Positions 12,151 to 24,527 of a stretch of DNA of 64,000 nucleotides are shown here, one piece after another. The first letter of the stretch is position 1. The number at the start of each line of letters is the position of its first letter. The position numbers and the translations under genes were made by a program. The notes beneath the pieces were generated by a model. That model was not told where the DNA came from. It saw only the letters and a program-made list of their open reading frames with translations, and did no database searches. This DNA is from Macrostomum lignano (taxonomy: Eukaryota): assembly GCA_002269645.1 (NCBI GenBank), contig NIVC01001183.1:186001-250000 (forward strand), written 5' to 3'.

Positions 12151-12389
12151 TTCTTTCAATCAAGGCGAGAGATTCAATATTGTTGTGAGATATGAGGACT
12201 AATATTTTGAGAAATTTTGCATTTCTCGACACTCGCACCATTGCAAAGCACTTCAAATAAAATGAACCGAGTTGCAGCCCTAAAAAACGAATGACAATAC
12301 ATGACAGACTAGAGGGCAAAGCTAAGGAAAAAAGATCAAGCGGGGCGGTCCGAAGCCTATAGGCATGCATATTGCTTGGACGCTGGCAT

Positions 12390-13091
12390 TCAGACAGGCG
12401 GAGAAGCGGGTGCTGGCGAGGACGCCGTTGCAGCGCCGCCGCTGCCACCACCAGCACCAGTCGCAGAGTCGGCCTCCGGAATCGGGCATAGCAACAACAC
12501 CCGACGCCCATTCCGATCGCTAGGAGGAGTCAACCGACGCTGAGCTGGCGGTGTTTTTGTCTTCTTCTGCAACAGAAGCAGCTGTTGCTGTTGCGCTTGA
12601 GTCGACGGCATTTCCGGCGGTATTTCCGGCACTTCCGGGACGCTGTCAAGCAGGCCAAGTGCTGGAAGACTCAACCGACGAAGTCGCTGTTGTTCAATCG
12701 GCTGCTGGTTCTGTTTACGACGCCGCTGTTGCAGCGACGGAGAAGAAACTGAAACAGAAGAAGCAGAAGCAGCAACATCGGCGGAAGAAGAAGACGAAGA
12801 CATTGAAGAAACGGAAGCCGACTCGTCAATTGACGGCAATAGTCGACAGAGCTCGCCGCCGCAAAGCGTTCTCCTGCGAGTGTCGCGAGAGTCGCCCTTC
12901 CGATGTCTGACACTGCGCAGCACAACAGGCTGGGGCAGCGCTGGCTCTGGCCAAGCCTCCTGACAGTTAATGCTAGATGCCAGCGCCTTACCACTATTAC
13001 TATTAGTAGCAGAGTTATTATAGATGCCTAATAGGATTGCTGGCGATCCGGAGTGGCTGCTGGCTGCTTTAAACTTGGCGCCGGCCATCAT
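12390..13091 (-). CDS. Orphan Ser/Gln-rich 233-aa ORF (single exon or last exon of an unknown gene)
   Basis: A GC-rich open frame inside AT-rich flanks, with composition like the verified exons here. A good acceptor (ctcttacag, AG 13117-13116) lies 24 nt upstream in frame. No family recognised. Confidence 0.45.
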   Translation of the reverse strand: MMAGAKFKAASSHSGSPAILLGIYNNSATNSNSGKALASSINCQEAWPEPALPQPVVLRSVRHRKGDSRDTRRRTLCGGELCRLLPSIDESASVSSMSSSSSSADVAASASSVSVSSPSLQQRRRKQNQQPIEQQRLRRLSLPALGLLDSVPEVPEIPPEMPSTQAQQQQLLLLQKKTKTPPAQRRLTPPSDRNGRRVLLLCPIPEADSATGAGGGSGGAATASSPAPASPPV

Positions 13092-16000
13092 GCCGCCGCA
13101 CTGTCTGACAGCTGGCTGTAAGAGATAAGCAAAGCCAAGAGAGGGCCGTTAGAAAGTATGCAGGCTTTATGCGAAAATATGCTTTCTAGATGGCGAGGCA
13201 TTATAGAATTTAAATGAAGCCATAGTTGCTTCCGCCGGTTACCCATATCTAGAGTCTTGAACAGAGTATATTTTGCATAATAGAATTGTTCATATCATAT
13301 TGATATAGTAAATATGCCTTTTAAGTAACCTCTAAATTGGCTAAAATGGTTAACAATGCTTTCCATACTAAGATTGGCCATTTCTTAGCTGACTTAAATT
13401 CAGTTCTACCTTTCACCCTCAAGATAGGCATTGTCTATAAATTGCATTGCTCTGTTTATTGCAGCATATCTACATACGGAAAACCAAGCAATACCAAGAC
13501 ACAAGGGCAAGAAAGCATTGGCTCAAAGGTTTTACAATCAAAGACCACTTGTTAGACTTTTGCATGGCATGTGATGACACAAATCCAATATAGTTATTTA
13601 CAAACAAGTTTAAACAAAGAACTATTGAAGATTTGTAAAAACAAATTGCACAAGTCTCTATAGTTAGAATGTACAGCTTGCAAGTAGTAAGATAGAGTAC
13701 TAATATTTCTGTGAGTAGTCACTGAAGGTGACTTCTCTTCATTTTGTTTATTTAGGGATCATTTAATTTAATTCCACTATACAGACTCATCCTTTGGACT
13801 AATGTACTTATTCATTCTTTATCTCATATATTTTGTAGATTTTTTGAAATATATATGCCCTACAGATATTAGTATAACAAAGACACAATTTGTGTTGACA
13901 TTTACCTGTCCTTACATATATAGTTATACTTATATATATATATTATTTACTTATATAATTATATAGATAATACCTACATACTTCACACTAGTGAAATATT
14001 TTAAAATATATATATATTATTGTTCTTCTGGTCTCTCACTTCTATGGCTCTATGTCTATTTCGAATATCAATGTGAGAGCCAAATAACTGAGCCGGCAGA
14101 TTCAACTGACTTTTCCTGATAATGCAAACACTTGATGGTAACTTACAGACTGTTGTATTTGATGGTCACAAGCTCGAGATGTTATCTTACAAAATATAAT
14201 GTCTAAGATGGAATTCCAAATAAGAAGCTTGTTTTGTTTGAGTTCCAAGGGGTTTCTAAGTTTTCAGGTGAACTGAAGGTTCAGTCTATTGTGGAATGTG
14301 AGTTGGTTGTTGTTTTGGTTTTAGTGAGTCAATATATCAGTTTTAGTATTTGGGTTAGGACCCTAACTGTGTCAATCAAAAGTAGTCAGAGGAGGTAAGC
14401 TAGAATGGCAAGGAGGAAAAGAGAGGTGGAAGAGAAGGCAAGGCCAGGCGAGCTTCTTGCTTGGTTAACATGGGTTTTTATAGTACTTTTCAGTCTTGAT
14501 TGCATTGGATGGTACATAGCTGCTTTTCATTGGTTGAGGTTGGGATCGTGTCCTCAGCTTTTGCTAGTTGGAGTGCATTCATTGGTTAGAATACATTCAA
14601 TCTGAATGGGAACTTTATAGAGCCAAAATGTGTCACTTCACTAATATATATACATAAGTGCTAAAATTATACTAGTGGCCACATGAATAATTATACAATT
14701 AATTTAGTTTTAAATGAAAATGCAACTTAGTTTTACAAATTACCTAAAAACAAAATAAAAATCTTAAATCCATTATCAGACTTTGGCTAAAATCATCTAG
14801 AATAGTCTAAGTTATTAATCTTCTTCTTAAGTTTATATAAGCAATGTGACAGTAATTAGTTATGGCAAAAATAACTTTGGCCTAGTTGGCTCTAAATATG
14901 ACCTAATAAAGTCATACCATACACAATTAGGTCATGATATTCTATTGGATATATAAAAGAACAAAGGAAAAAAGCCACATTGACAAAGACTTTCTCTAAG
15001 GGCTGCATTCCTTTGATTAGCACTCCTTGTCTTTCTGAAGGTTATCTTCCAGTTAATACTCTTCCTAGTCCTGAAATCCATTCAATTGTATTGAATGATA
15101 TATACATCATTTGAAATGCTTAAAAGTTTGGAATTAGACTAATTTGACAAACAAATTAACAATTCAACACTTTTACTTGAACTGGAACTCAAAACAAAGT
15201 ATATCCAACAAATTGGACTACAATTGAAAATTATTTCTTATACTTATACTTTCTCTAGATAAAATACTAATAGTGCAATCTGTAATACAATGCAAAAAAT
15301 TATACATGTTGTCTTTGAATGACAAGTTACAATAATAACATAAACTTGGTCTTCTCATAAGAAAAAGTCATGCTTTTGGAAAAGCTATTCTTTTTGCAAG
15401 ATTGAGGAATGCATGTATTACAATTGTAAATTATTAAATATATTGAAAATAAATTTTACATAAATAATTTATGATTGACCTATCAGTTCTGCAGGAAAGA
15501 TTTGTCAAAGAATATTCATATACATTTTGCTTGATCTCATTAAAGAGCAGTTCCTGGATCTGATTTGAATTGTGTTGTCTTCTACAAGATAATTGGAACT
15601 ACTTGTCTATTTAGCTATATTCTGAATTGAAATCTACTGGCATTCCTTTACATTGATGCTATGGGCTCAATAATTAATCCAATTTATACATCTGGACAAC
15701 TCATATTATATAGAATTATAACCATAGCAACCAGTGCAACAAATCTAGTTCTAGTAAAACTATTGTTTCTTACTAATTCATATTCTTTGGCTTTCATTTT
15801 CTATTCACTAAAACTTTTTTATCATGGGTTGCTCAAAGTAAAATCAAATTCGCATTGGCATTTAGATCTTCCTATTGTTTTTGTTATTGATTTTTATGGG
15901 CTAACATATAATTTGCAAAATGGCAACATATCTTAATCTGCACTTTAATTACTTTGAAAAAGTAAGAACCCTGTTTGCAAAATGTTTTTTCTTGGTGCAA

Positions 16001-16826
16001 ATCATTTGATTAATCATTAAATAAGCAAGCAAAGTGATTGAAAGTTTGTGATTAGACAAGGATAGTCTTTATAAAACTTTATTAAAAGGCTGAGGCTTTG
16101 ATATAGCTCATGACAAATATCCTTGTCAAAAATGTCAACATCTCCTAATGAAGCTAGACAAAAAATTGATTGATATATAGGAAGGAAAATCAACTATCCT
16201 TTTCTTCCTTCTTGATCAATCTGATTAAAGCCTAGATTGATGAAGCAATGAAACAAACTAATAAAAAGGTAAAGATTCAACAACAGAAAAATTGAAAACA
16301 GAGTATTATTAAACAGTTCTCTATTTTATGACAATTTTAAACAGTTATTTGATAGTACTTTAGCTTATGAGAACTTATCCTATGAAGTCAGTTATCTTTT
16401 TTATTTTCTTGTGATAATGGAAATATTATTTGTCTGCTACTTGTCCCTGCTACCACTTTGGGCTTTGTTTTTTTAGACTACAGCATCATTAGTCAGCAGT
16501 ACAAATGCAAAATCCTGTTATTCTAATGCATATATAGAGGTTGGTTTGGAATAGTGAAAAGCAAGTGCCACACTAGTTTGATATTCTTGATTTTTTGTTC
16601 CTATATTATATTCTCTAGAAAAAAGTGGATAAAGCTTTCATATTCCTTAGAGTTCCTCAACCTAAATTTATAACAAAGTAAACTGGCACAACAATAATAG
16701 AGAATTGTGTAATAGAAAGATGGAGGAAAAAGAAATAATATAGCAGGGGATATGTCAACAACATAGGCAAAAAATTCTTTTCTAAACTTCTAAACTTAGG
16801 TCACCAAGCTTAGACAACTACGCTAG

Positions 16827-18268
16827 ATTGAGATTTTATCTCACTATGGTATACCTACTGCACTGGTAAGCATAGTGATGGCCCTCTACTATGACTCTAA
16901 GCTTTTATCATGTCAAGCGACAGCCCCACAGAAGAGTTTGCCACTAGTTCAGGCATCCTTCAGGGCAACATGCTGGCTCCTCTGCTCTTCCTTGTGGTTA
17001 TAGACTACATGCTTTGTTGGTCCCTCCCTGAGGATAATAGCTACTTGCTAGTCTCACACTGAAGCTCTAGATATCCTACTGTTTCATTTCCTACTTTGGC
17101 ATATGCTGATGACATTGCGCTGCTCTGCTATAATCTAGCTGCTACCCAACATGCTCTCACAAAGCTCTGCAATGAGGGTGCCCATGTTGGGCTGCTAGTA
17201 AATGCTCACAAGACAGGTGTTGCACATGGGCACAAATACTGTCCCAACTCTAATGCCACCTAATGGAGACCATATTGCAGTGTGCAAGGACTTCCAGTAC
17301 CTTGGCACCCTGCAGCGTCCTATGGAAAGGGCCTATACACTTGTCATTTATAATGCTTAGAGATGTTTCAAGATATTGATTTTGATTTTCCTAAATTCAG
17401 AATTTTTACAAGTGAATAACAAATTAAAAAAAATTGAAAGTCAAAATTTTGTTGTGTCTAAAAAGTGACTAAAAATAAACTAAATTCTGCTACATATAAA
17501 TGCATTTTGTTTTGCATAAGCAGTGATTCAAAAGTAAAAAAGTTAGATTTGGTTGCATTAAACAACTTTGTTTTTCTAAAATTTGATTTTAGAAAATTTT
17601 GATTTTGATTTTGGAAAGTTATTGAATTTTGATTTTGATATAAAATGCTCCTTTGGAACATCTCTAATAATGCTAAAGTGTGGTAAAATAATTTGACTCT
17701 ATTCTAAAGTGCACATATGCGGGTTTTCAACATTTATTCTAATAGGGCTAGTGATAAGCCCTAATGTGATTGTCTCCAACAAGAGGAACCAGGCCTAGTG
17801 CGCCACACATTTCCTCAGGAACATTTTTAATTCAGCTGCCAGAGACAACCTGAAGGTGTGCCTGTTTGCGCGGCTGTTGAGCCAATCCTGCTATATGGCA
17901 TGGAGGCTGTGCTGCTGACTGAAATGCGAGAGTGAGCCTGGATGCACTTTACTGCTTGCTACTACACTATGCGCTGGGTATGCACTACCCAGATTGCCTG
18001 CTGACCAATGCTCTAATAGCCCACACTGGAACTCTGCCCCTGAGTGCTACCTTGCACCAACGCCGCTAGATGCTACTGGGCCACTGCCTAAAGACCTTGG
18101 GTCGCGGTGCATCTATCCTTCTAGCCTTGGCCATGTAGCACCAGCCAACCAAGCAATTGCGCCATTGCCAGGCTTGCAGGTGCTTTAGCTGACCCCTTAG
18201 GCTGCTGCTGCCTGCCCTTCCTACCTGTTCTGCAAGCGCATATATGCAAGGGGCCTCCTTTTGCATTC

Positions 18269-18320
<52 letters not shown>
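16827..18320 (+). mobile_element. Decayed non-LTR retrotransposon (RTE-like) RT/C-terminal fragment with (TA)n tail, interrupted by a MITE
   Basis: Broken frames read ILSHYGIP, SGILQGNMLAPLLFLVVIDY, LAYADDIALL (about 17096-17125), KDFQYLG, then AVEPILLYG and LLGHCL. A TA microsatellite follows at about 18270-18317. Confidence 0.8.
17317..17748 (-). mobile_element. MITE family A, partial copy nested in the LINE
   Basis: Reverse complement of 56662-57060 and 58999-59470. Ends in the TIR ...TTTATTCTAATAGGGC. Confidence 0.75.
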
Positions 18321-18322
<2 letters not shown>

Positions 18323-18914
18323 ATATAGATAAAGGAAATCAACATTGTACAAGGCAGAAAAAATTAAAAAACAAGGGAGATTAGATGGTCTAGATAATCT
18401 AATAGTAGCTTAACTTTAGCATCTTATCAAGATAAGAACATTAGTTTTTCTCAAATAGTTCTTGAGCATAAAGTTTTGAGTTTGGTTTGAGTTATTATAG
18501 TTGATTAGTTTAAATAAAATACTGCATATCAGTTTTCAATGACAGAGAAATAGAAGTAGGCCCCTACTTGAAATTAAATATCAATCTAATATATTGTGGA
18601 AATAAGAAAGTATCAGTTTTTTTGCAAATTGAAAAAACCCTTTTAATTTGTTGCCATGGTCTTTTCAAGTCTATTTATTTTATAAATAATATTTTTAAAT
18701 AAAAAATCTGTGCATTTGATTTGGTATTTTGAATTAAAAATAGAGATTATTACTATTTTCAAATATCAATCTAAAATATCACTTGGGAAATCTCTACATA
18801 GTTTTAGTCATTTGAATGAATGTTATTTATTATATTATATATAAGCTTATATAGGCCCTATGCATATTTTTATTTTTATAGACTAATTATTTTATTTAAA
18901 AAATGGATTTCAGA

Positions 18915-19697
18915 ATTAGAACTGCTTATCCCCATTGACCCATAGTCCTATGCCAATAATTCTAATTTTATTCACACAGATCTATGTTGATAATTTCCAG
19001 CTTCACCCCATGACAGCTTATTGAAATAGCTGCCACTATTCAAGTCTATAGGCTATGTCAATAATTATAATTTTATCCACATGGATCTGTGTTAATAACT
19101 TTTTAGCTTATCCCTACAGCTAAGATTGTGCAATTGTTTGTATTTAGTTTTGTGTACTGACATTAAATGTTGCTACGTATTAGTTTTTTGTAATATATAT
19201 GGTGTAGCTTAAAGTAATTGTAACTACAATGTTGTGTGACTTTCCATTGAAGCCATAATGTGAAAGTGTCATTTTACCATTTAGCTAACTCTTCATCCAA
19301 AATCAATATTGGTATTATTTAGTATTATTATCATTATTATTACAATTAGAATTTTGAATTTTGCAAGTCTTATTTGCCTTGATCTTAGGGTTGTTTAGTT
19401 GTTGTAAACAAAGTTTGCAGCTAAGCAAATATTTAAAATTAATCCTTTTAACAATAGAAAAGTTTTAACAAAGTATTTGATACTATTTTATTTAGTATTC
19501 AGGACAATAGTTTTTTGGAAATTGGAAGATTTATAAACCATTTGAAAGACCATTTTTGAACAGATTCATTTTAAAGTTCTTTATTCTAATAAGCTGCCAT
19601 GGAGACAAGCTAGAAATTATCAACATGGATTTATATGGATAAAATTAGAATTAGGCCTATTAGCATAGGACCATGGGCATGGGGATAAACATTTCCT
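18915..19697. mobile_element. Older degenerate foldback element, possibly related to 60213-60781
   Basis: About 18920-19030 is the imperfect inverse of about 19585-19690. It begins TGCTTATCCCCA like the younger element. Confidence 0.55.
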
Positions 19698-20978
19698 TCA
19701 GAATTATATCTTGTCTCATCTCATCCTATCTTTAGTTCCTTTGCTTGACTTATAACCCTTTTTGTCTCAAAAATATCTCAAATTTTAATAGCTCTAAAAG
19801 TTATATCAAAAATACTAATAAAATTTTTTTTTGGCAAAAATGGTCATAGTGCTTATAGCCCCTGCCCTAATACTTAATACTAGCCTTATATTAGACCTAA
19901 TAATAGGCAAAATACATTACAAAAAGTTAAATAAAAAGTTTAACTATTTTTTTAACTAGTATCAGGCCTAGTAAGAAATAAGTTGTCTTTTTATTCAAGC
20001 AAATGAGATTAGGCCCTAATAAAATTGAATAAATTGTAAAAACTTTTAAATCTCACTGGAGTCCATACAGCTAGGGTTATAGCCTAGGCAAGGTCTGGAA
20101 TAAAATGATATAAATCTACTTCTAGGGTAGGCCCTAACGCCTAAAACTGAAACTAGGCTAAGGACAAGACAAGGCTCGATGTTAAGTAGGCCCTAACCTA
20201 ATGAATCTAGGCCTAATCTAACTAAAAAAATAAAAAAACGATATATTTGAAAAGCCATTTAAAAATAGATCAAGCACTAGCTGGATATACGAGGGCTGAT
20301 AATTGACAGTTGAAGCCATAAGCCGGAACGTGATCTGGTCCAATCCTTGCGAATAGGCTTAAAGTTAAATTGAAAAGTTGACTTCCATAGTCCAAATATA
20401 GAGCTAGGTTCAATGAACGTACGTGCGTGTGTGTTACCGGGTGTTAGTAAAACAAATTCTTGACTTTGAAAAACTCCTGAAATCGTACATGTCGTAAAAA
20501 ATTAATCTTATTTAATTTAATAAGATAATTCGATTTTCTAATATTTCCGGACTTTACTTTCAAAGCTTCACTAGAAACTATGCTGTTTTAACTATTTTTT
20601 TCTTCTTTTTGATCACAATCTTGAGCTGAGCGCCAAATATAGTACTAATTTCATAATCCGCAATAGTGAAGAGATTTGAATTAAAAGAAGTTATTGATAT
20701 TTACTAGAGCAGAACCGTGTCATCATCCAATGCCTGAAAAAAGTGAGTATTTTCAACAGATTGGTTCAGATTGTAAATTGAACGTTTTGTATAAATCCAC
20801 GTATACAAATGACCAGCTCTATATCCCTATCCAAAGCACAGAGATTATTTAAATTTTTGCTTAAGATGTTCGCCAGCTGTAATAGTGTCTGAATTTCACT
20901 TTATTTATTAAATTTGGGTTTTAAGTGGATAAAAATCGAAATAATCCTGGTTTACCACCTCACTTACCGTATTTTCTG

Positions 20979-21090
20979 TGGTTCCTTAGACACTTCGATT
21001 GTCATCTTACCACTTCCAAGCATCCTAAAACCATGGTCCCTTTGTCAGCTGGATGACGAAGTGGTAAGATGACGAAGTGTCCAGGAACCA
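20979..21090. repeat. Small inverted-repeat (hairpin/MITE-like) element
   Basis: TGGTTCCT.AGACACTTCG..TCATCTTACCACTTC pairs with GAAGTGGTAAGATGACGAAGTGTCCAGGAACCA. Confidence 0.6.
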
Positions 21091-21961
21091 TTTGCCATTG
21101 CCCAAACGAGTATGTTATATTGTAACTTAACCCCGTCCATAGTCTTTAACCCCTAGTCAGTGATTTGTAACTGCTGTAGAGAAAATTCAGCCACTATCAT
21201 GCCAAAAACAAAATTGAGTTCTTCGACAGTGCTTTGAATTTTTTCGGACTTGCCATTTGTATTAATATTATATATATGTTACCGAAACGAGCGAAACAGA
21301 AAAAAAGTAAAGTGTTTACTTTTTGAGTTAATTACTGGAGGAATAAGAAAAAATGAATTTTTGCTGTAATAGATATAGAGATGTCAAATATTTGGCAAAA
21401 TTTATATTATAACTTTTACTGTACTTACAAAGACAGCATTACATTAGCGCATACAACTCGACGCTGCATGTACCTCGTTTGACTTTTCGGGTGCATTATT
21501 GTCTACTTATAGTAGGGTATGAGCACTCGAAATGTACTTTGTTGATAAGCTATTTCACTGTATTTAAAAATATCGTTCTTCAATATCGTCTGAGATCCTG
21601 TAGCCTGCAGCTGCCCGATTTTATATCCGTCTAAACATGCTCCCTTTTTTCAAATGGCAATTCCAATTATATTTAACGCTTTTTGGAATATTTTACAGTC
21701 GTCAGTATAGATAATTATAGTCAATATTAAGGTCACAAAAATGAAGCTTTAGCTATATTCATCTTTGAGTTTTATCCAAAAACATGTATTGGATTCCTAA
21801 ACTGCCGAATGGTCTGGCAAAGCCACATTTGTCATTAGCTGACTCAATTAGCTAGCTGGCAGTTTGCACTTAAAAAAGCTTTCCACGCGACTGATGGTGC
21901 CAATTCCATTTTCCAACTTTGTGGAGTCTGCTGCAAGGGGGCTAAAAGCTTCAATTTATTG

Positions 21962-21976
21962 GTTGCCAATGGCAAC
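21962..21976. promoter_or_regulatory. RFX X-box (GTTGCC-AAT-GGCAAC)
   Basis: A perfect palindromic match to GTNRCC(N0-3)RGYAAC in a GC-elevated region upstream of a cilia/sperm-associated gene. Confidence 0.55.
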
Positions 21977-22419
21977 ACGCGAGGAGCAGAGTTATCGAGC
22001 GCTGCTGCTGGGGAGGGGGGAAGCAAAGGGAAAATTGTTGAAAAGCCACAGTTGGTTACGCGAAGGGATGGAGATTAGAGACCCTCTGCTTCCAGGCCTC
22101 GGAGCAAAATCTTCACAAGTACAAGGCTTAAAGATTCATTGTCAGATATCACAATACTTTCATTGTCTGCTGGGACACTTCAGAAGCTATAGCTTTTAGT
22201 CTTCTTTACGCACAATTTCAGTTTTTTGTGGCCATTAACCCCTTCCCCACATAGAAAATTCTGCTTTTTATTGCAAGGCAGTCATCCCATTTTCTTCCCT
22301 CAAAGCGCGCATGCTGATAGATACCATCCTGCTTTCCAAATCCGTTATATATATATATATCATATATAACTCTGCGAACTCCCATAGAAATCCTATGAAC
22401 TGAGTTGTATGCATCAGAT

Positions 22420-22598
22420 CATGCAGCGCAGGTCCCATAGAAATCAGCAAAATCAACTGAAGCAACAGGTAGATGCGTCAATTGCAATTAAAAGCGCCGG
22501 AAGTAGCGGCGGCGGCAGCGGCGGTGGCGGTAATTTTAGCCGAGTTTCAACCGGGCTGGTTTCTGCAATTCGTATGCGCAGGCAGATAAAAGGCTCAG
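22420..22598 (+). CDS. Candidate distal first exon (MQRRSHRNQQ...IRMRRQIKGS), probably of MYCBPAP
   Basis: A GC-rich open frame with a GTAGGA donor at 22599 in phase 1, compatible with acceptors 28220 and 29663. It lies about 450 nt downstream of an X-box. Confidence 0.4.
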
Positions 22599-22617
22599 GT
22601 AGGATGGCGTCTTGCTT

Positions 22618-23710
22618 CAGTGTCTATGGCCAAAGCTCACTATAGGGAGAGTCTGTCCTGAGGAGGAACCCGTGTCTCAGTGTCTATGGCCAAAGCTCAC
22701 TATAGGGAGAGTCTGTCCTGAGGAGGAACCCGTGTCTCAGTGTCTATGGCCAAAGCTCACTATAGGGAGAACCTGTCCTAAAGAACCCGTGACGTGTCAG
22801 TGTCTATGGCCAAAGCTCACTATAGGGAGAGTCTGTCTTGAGGAGGAACCCGTGTTTCAGTGTCTATGGCCAAAGCTCACTATAGGGAGAACCTGTCCTG
22901 AGGAACCCGTGTCTCAGTGTCTATGGCCAAAGCTCACTATAGGGAGAACCTGTCCTGAGGAACCCGTGTCTCAGTGTCTATGGCCAAAGCTCACTATAGG
23001 GAGAGTCTGTCTTGAGGAGGAACCCGTGTTTCAGTGTCTATGGCCAGAGCTCACTATAGGGAGAACCTGTCCTGAGGAACCCGTGTCTCAGTGTCTATGG
23101 TCGCTCACTATAGGGAGAGTCTGTCCTGAGGAGGAACCCGTGTTTCAGTGTCTATGGCCAAAGCTCACTATAGGGAGAGTCTGTCTTGAGGAGGAACCCG
23201 TGTTTCAGTGTCTATGGCCAAAGCTCACTATAGGGAGAGTCTGTCTTGAGGAGGAACCCGTGTTTCAGTGTCTATGGCCAGAGCTCACTATAGGGAGAAC
23301 CTGTCCTGAGGAACCCGTGTTTCAGTGTCTATGGCCAAAGCTCACTATAGGGAGAGTCTGTCTTGAGGAGGAACCCGTGTTTCAGTGTCTATGGCCAGAG
23401 CTCACTATAGGGAGAACCTTTCCTGAGGAACCCGTGTTTCAGTGTCTATGGCCAAAGCTCACTATAGGGAGAGTCTGTCTTGAGGAGGAACCCGTGTTTC
23501 AGTGTCTATGGCCAGAGCTCACTATAGGGAGAACCTGTCCTGAGGAACCCGTGTCTCAGTGTCTATGGTCGCTCACTATAGGGAGAGTCTGTCCTGAGGA
23601 GGAACCCGTGTTTCAGTGTCTATGGCCAAAGCTCACTAAGGGAGAACCTGTCCTGAGGAACCCGTGACGTGTCAGTGTCTATGGCCAAAGCTCACTTTAG
23701 GGAAAGCCTG
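22618..23710. repeat. 57/60-bp minisatellite containing CTCACTATAGGGAGA
   Basis: About 19 copies of CAGTGTCTATGGCCAAAGCTCACTATAGGGAGAGTCTGTCCTGAGGAGGAACCCGTGTCT. Confidence 0.95.
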
Positions 23711-24189
23711 TCCGTGCCTACCCATTGCATGTCTAATAGCATCGGACCATTTCAAAGTGTTTCTGAGCCTAAGAAAAATTGTTTCCAATCTTTTTTTGGC
23801 TTTTTTTACGGCCAGTGCTGCTCTTTCATTTGATTAGATAAGGTCAAGTAATTCATGTCTAACGGCATTCGAACGTGTTTAAAGGTTTAACATAGTGTTT
23901 ACTCAACTCAAATATTCCGCAATATTCCAAACTACGCACTAAGCTCAGCGATTAAATATTAAAGCAGATTCGTTGAGAAGCGGCATGCAGGCAGAAAATC
24001 CTTTTTGTTATAAATATTAGATTGTGTTGGCTTTTGCTGTCAAAGCTGCATGGCATGGCAACGAGAGAATTTAGTTATAAAAATCGAACTAGCGGTGCTT
24101 TCAGATCTCGTTCGTCAACTCAAACTTCTTACTGGCGAGGTAAGGGTTTTTGAGCTTACAGTTAGATACCTTCCCGTGGTTAGAAATTT

Positions 24190-24463
24190 TAATAATAATA
24201 ATAATAATAGATTTCAACTGCTCTAATGGCTGCGTTACGCATCTGAAGGCTTCGTACGGCTGTTCAGCCCAAGGACTGGGGGGTCGCCACACACACCTTC
24301 AATTACCCCAGCTAATGCTGGCACCCATTTCACAGCTGGGTTAACTGAAGCAATGCAGAGTTAAGTGTCTTGTTCAATGATACAAATTGTTCCAGTGGGA
24401 TCGAGAATCGAACCCCCGACCTCTCAGTCGTGAGTCCGACGCTCTAACCACTGGGATACAACC
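24190..24463 (-). mobile_element. tRNA-derived CORE-type SINE
   Basis: The minus strand has A box TGGTTAGAGCG, B box GGTTCGATTC, a CORE-like CAAGACACTTAACTC...CCCAGCTGTGAAATGGG and an (ATT)n tail. A second copy is at the window end. Confidence 0.8.
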
Positions 24464-24527
24464 TCTAAAAGAAATTAGAGCAGGGGTTGCACAATACGCT
24501 TCCAATTTTATCTTATTGCATTTATGG

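Noticed and set aside
13200-16800. Hidden genes in the AT-rich tract
   Set aside because: Only short ORFs and faint decayed-retroelement-like text are present, and no exon chain could be built.
20288-20300. TACGAGGGCTGAT, resembling a mariner TIR start
   Set aside because: No matching inverted end or transposase remnant nearby.
22618-23710. Cloning-vector contamination (T7 site)
   Set aside because: The upstream TAATACGA is absent, the units are diverged with mixed variants, and the flanks are continuous genomic sequence.
24390-24463. tRNA gene
   Set aside because: It has A/B boxes but continues into a CORE domain and ATT tail, with a second copy, so it is a SINE head.
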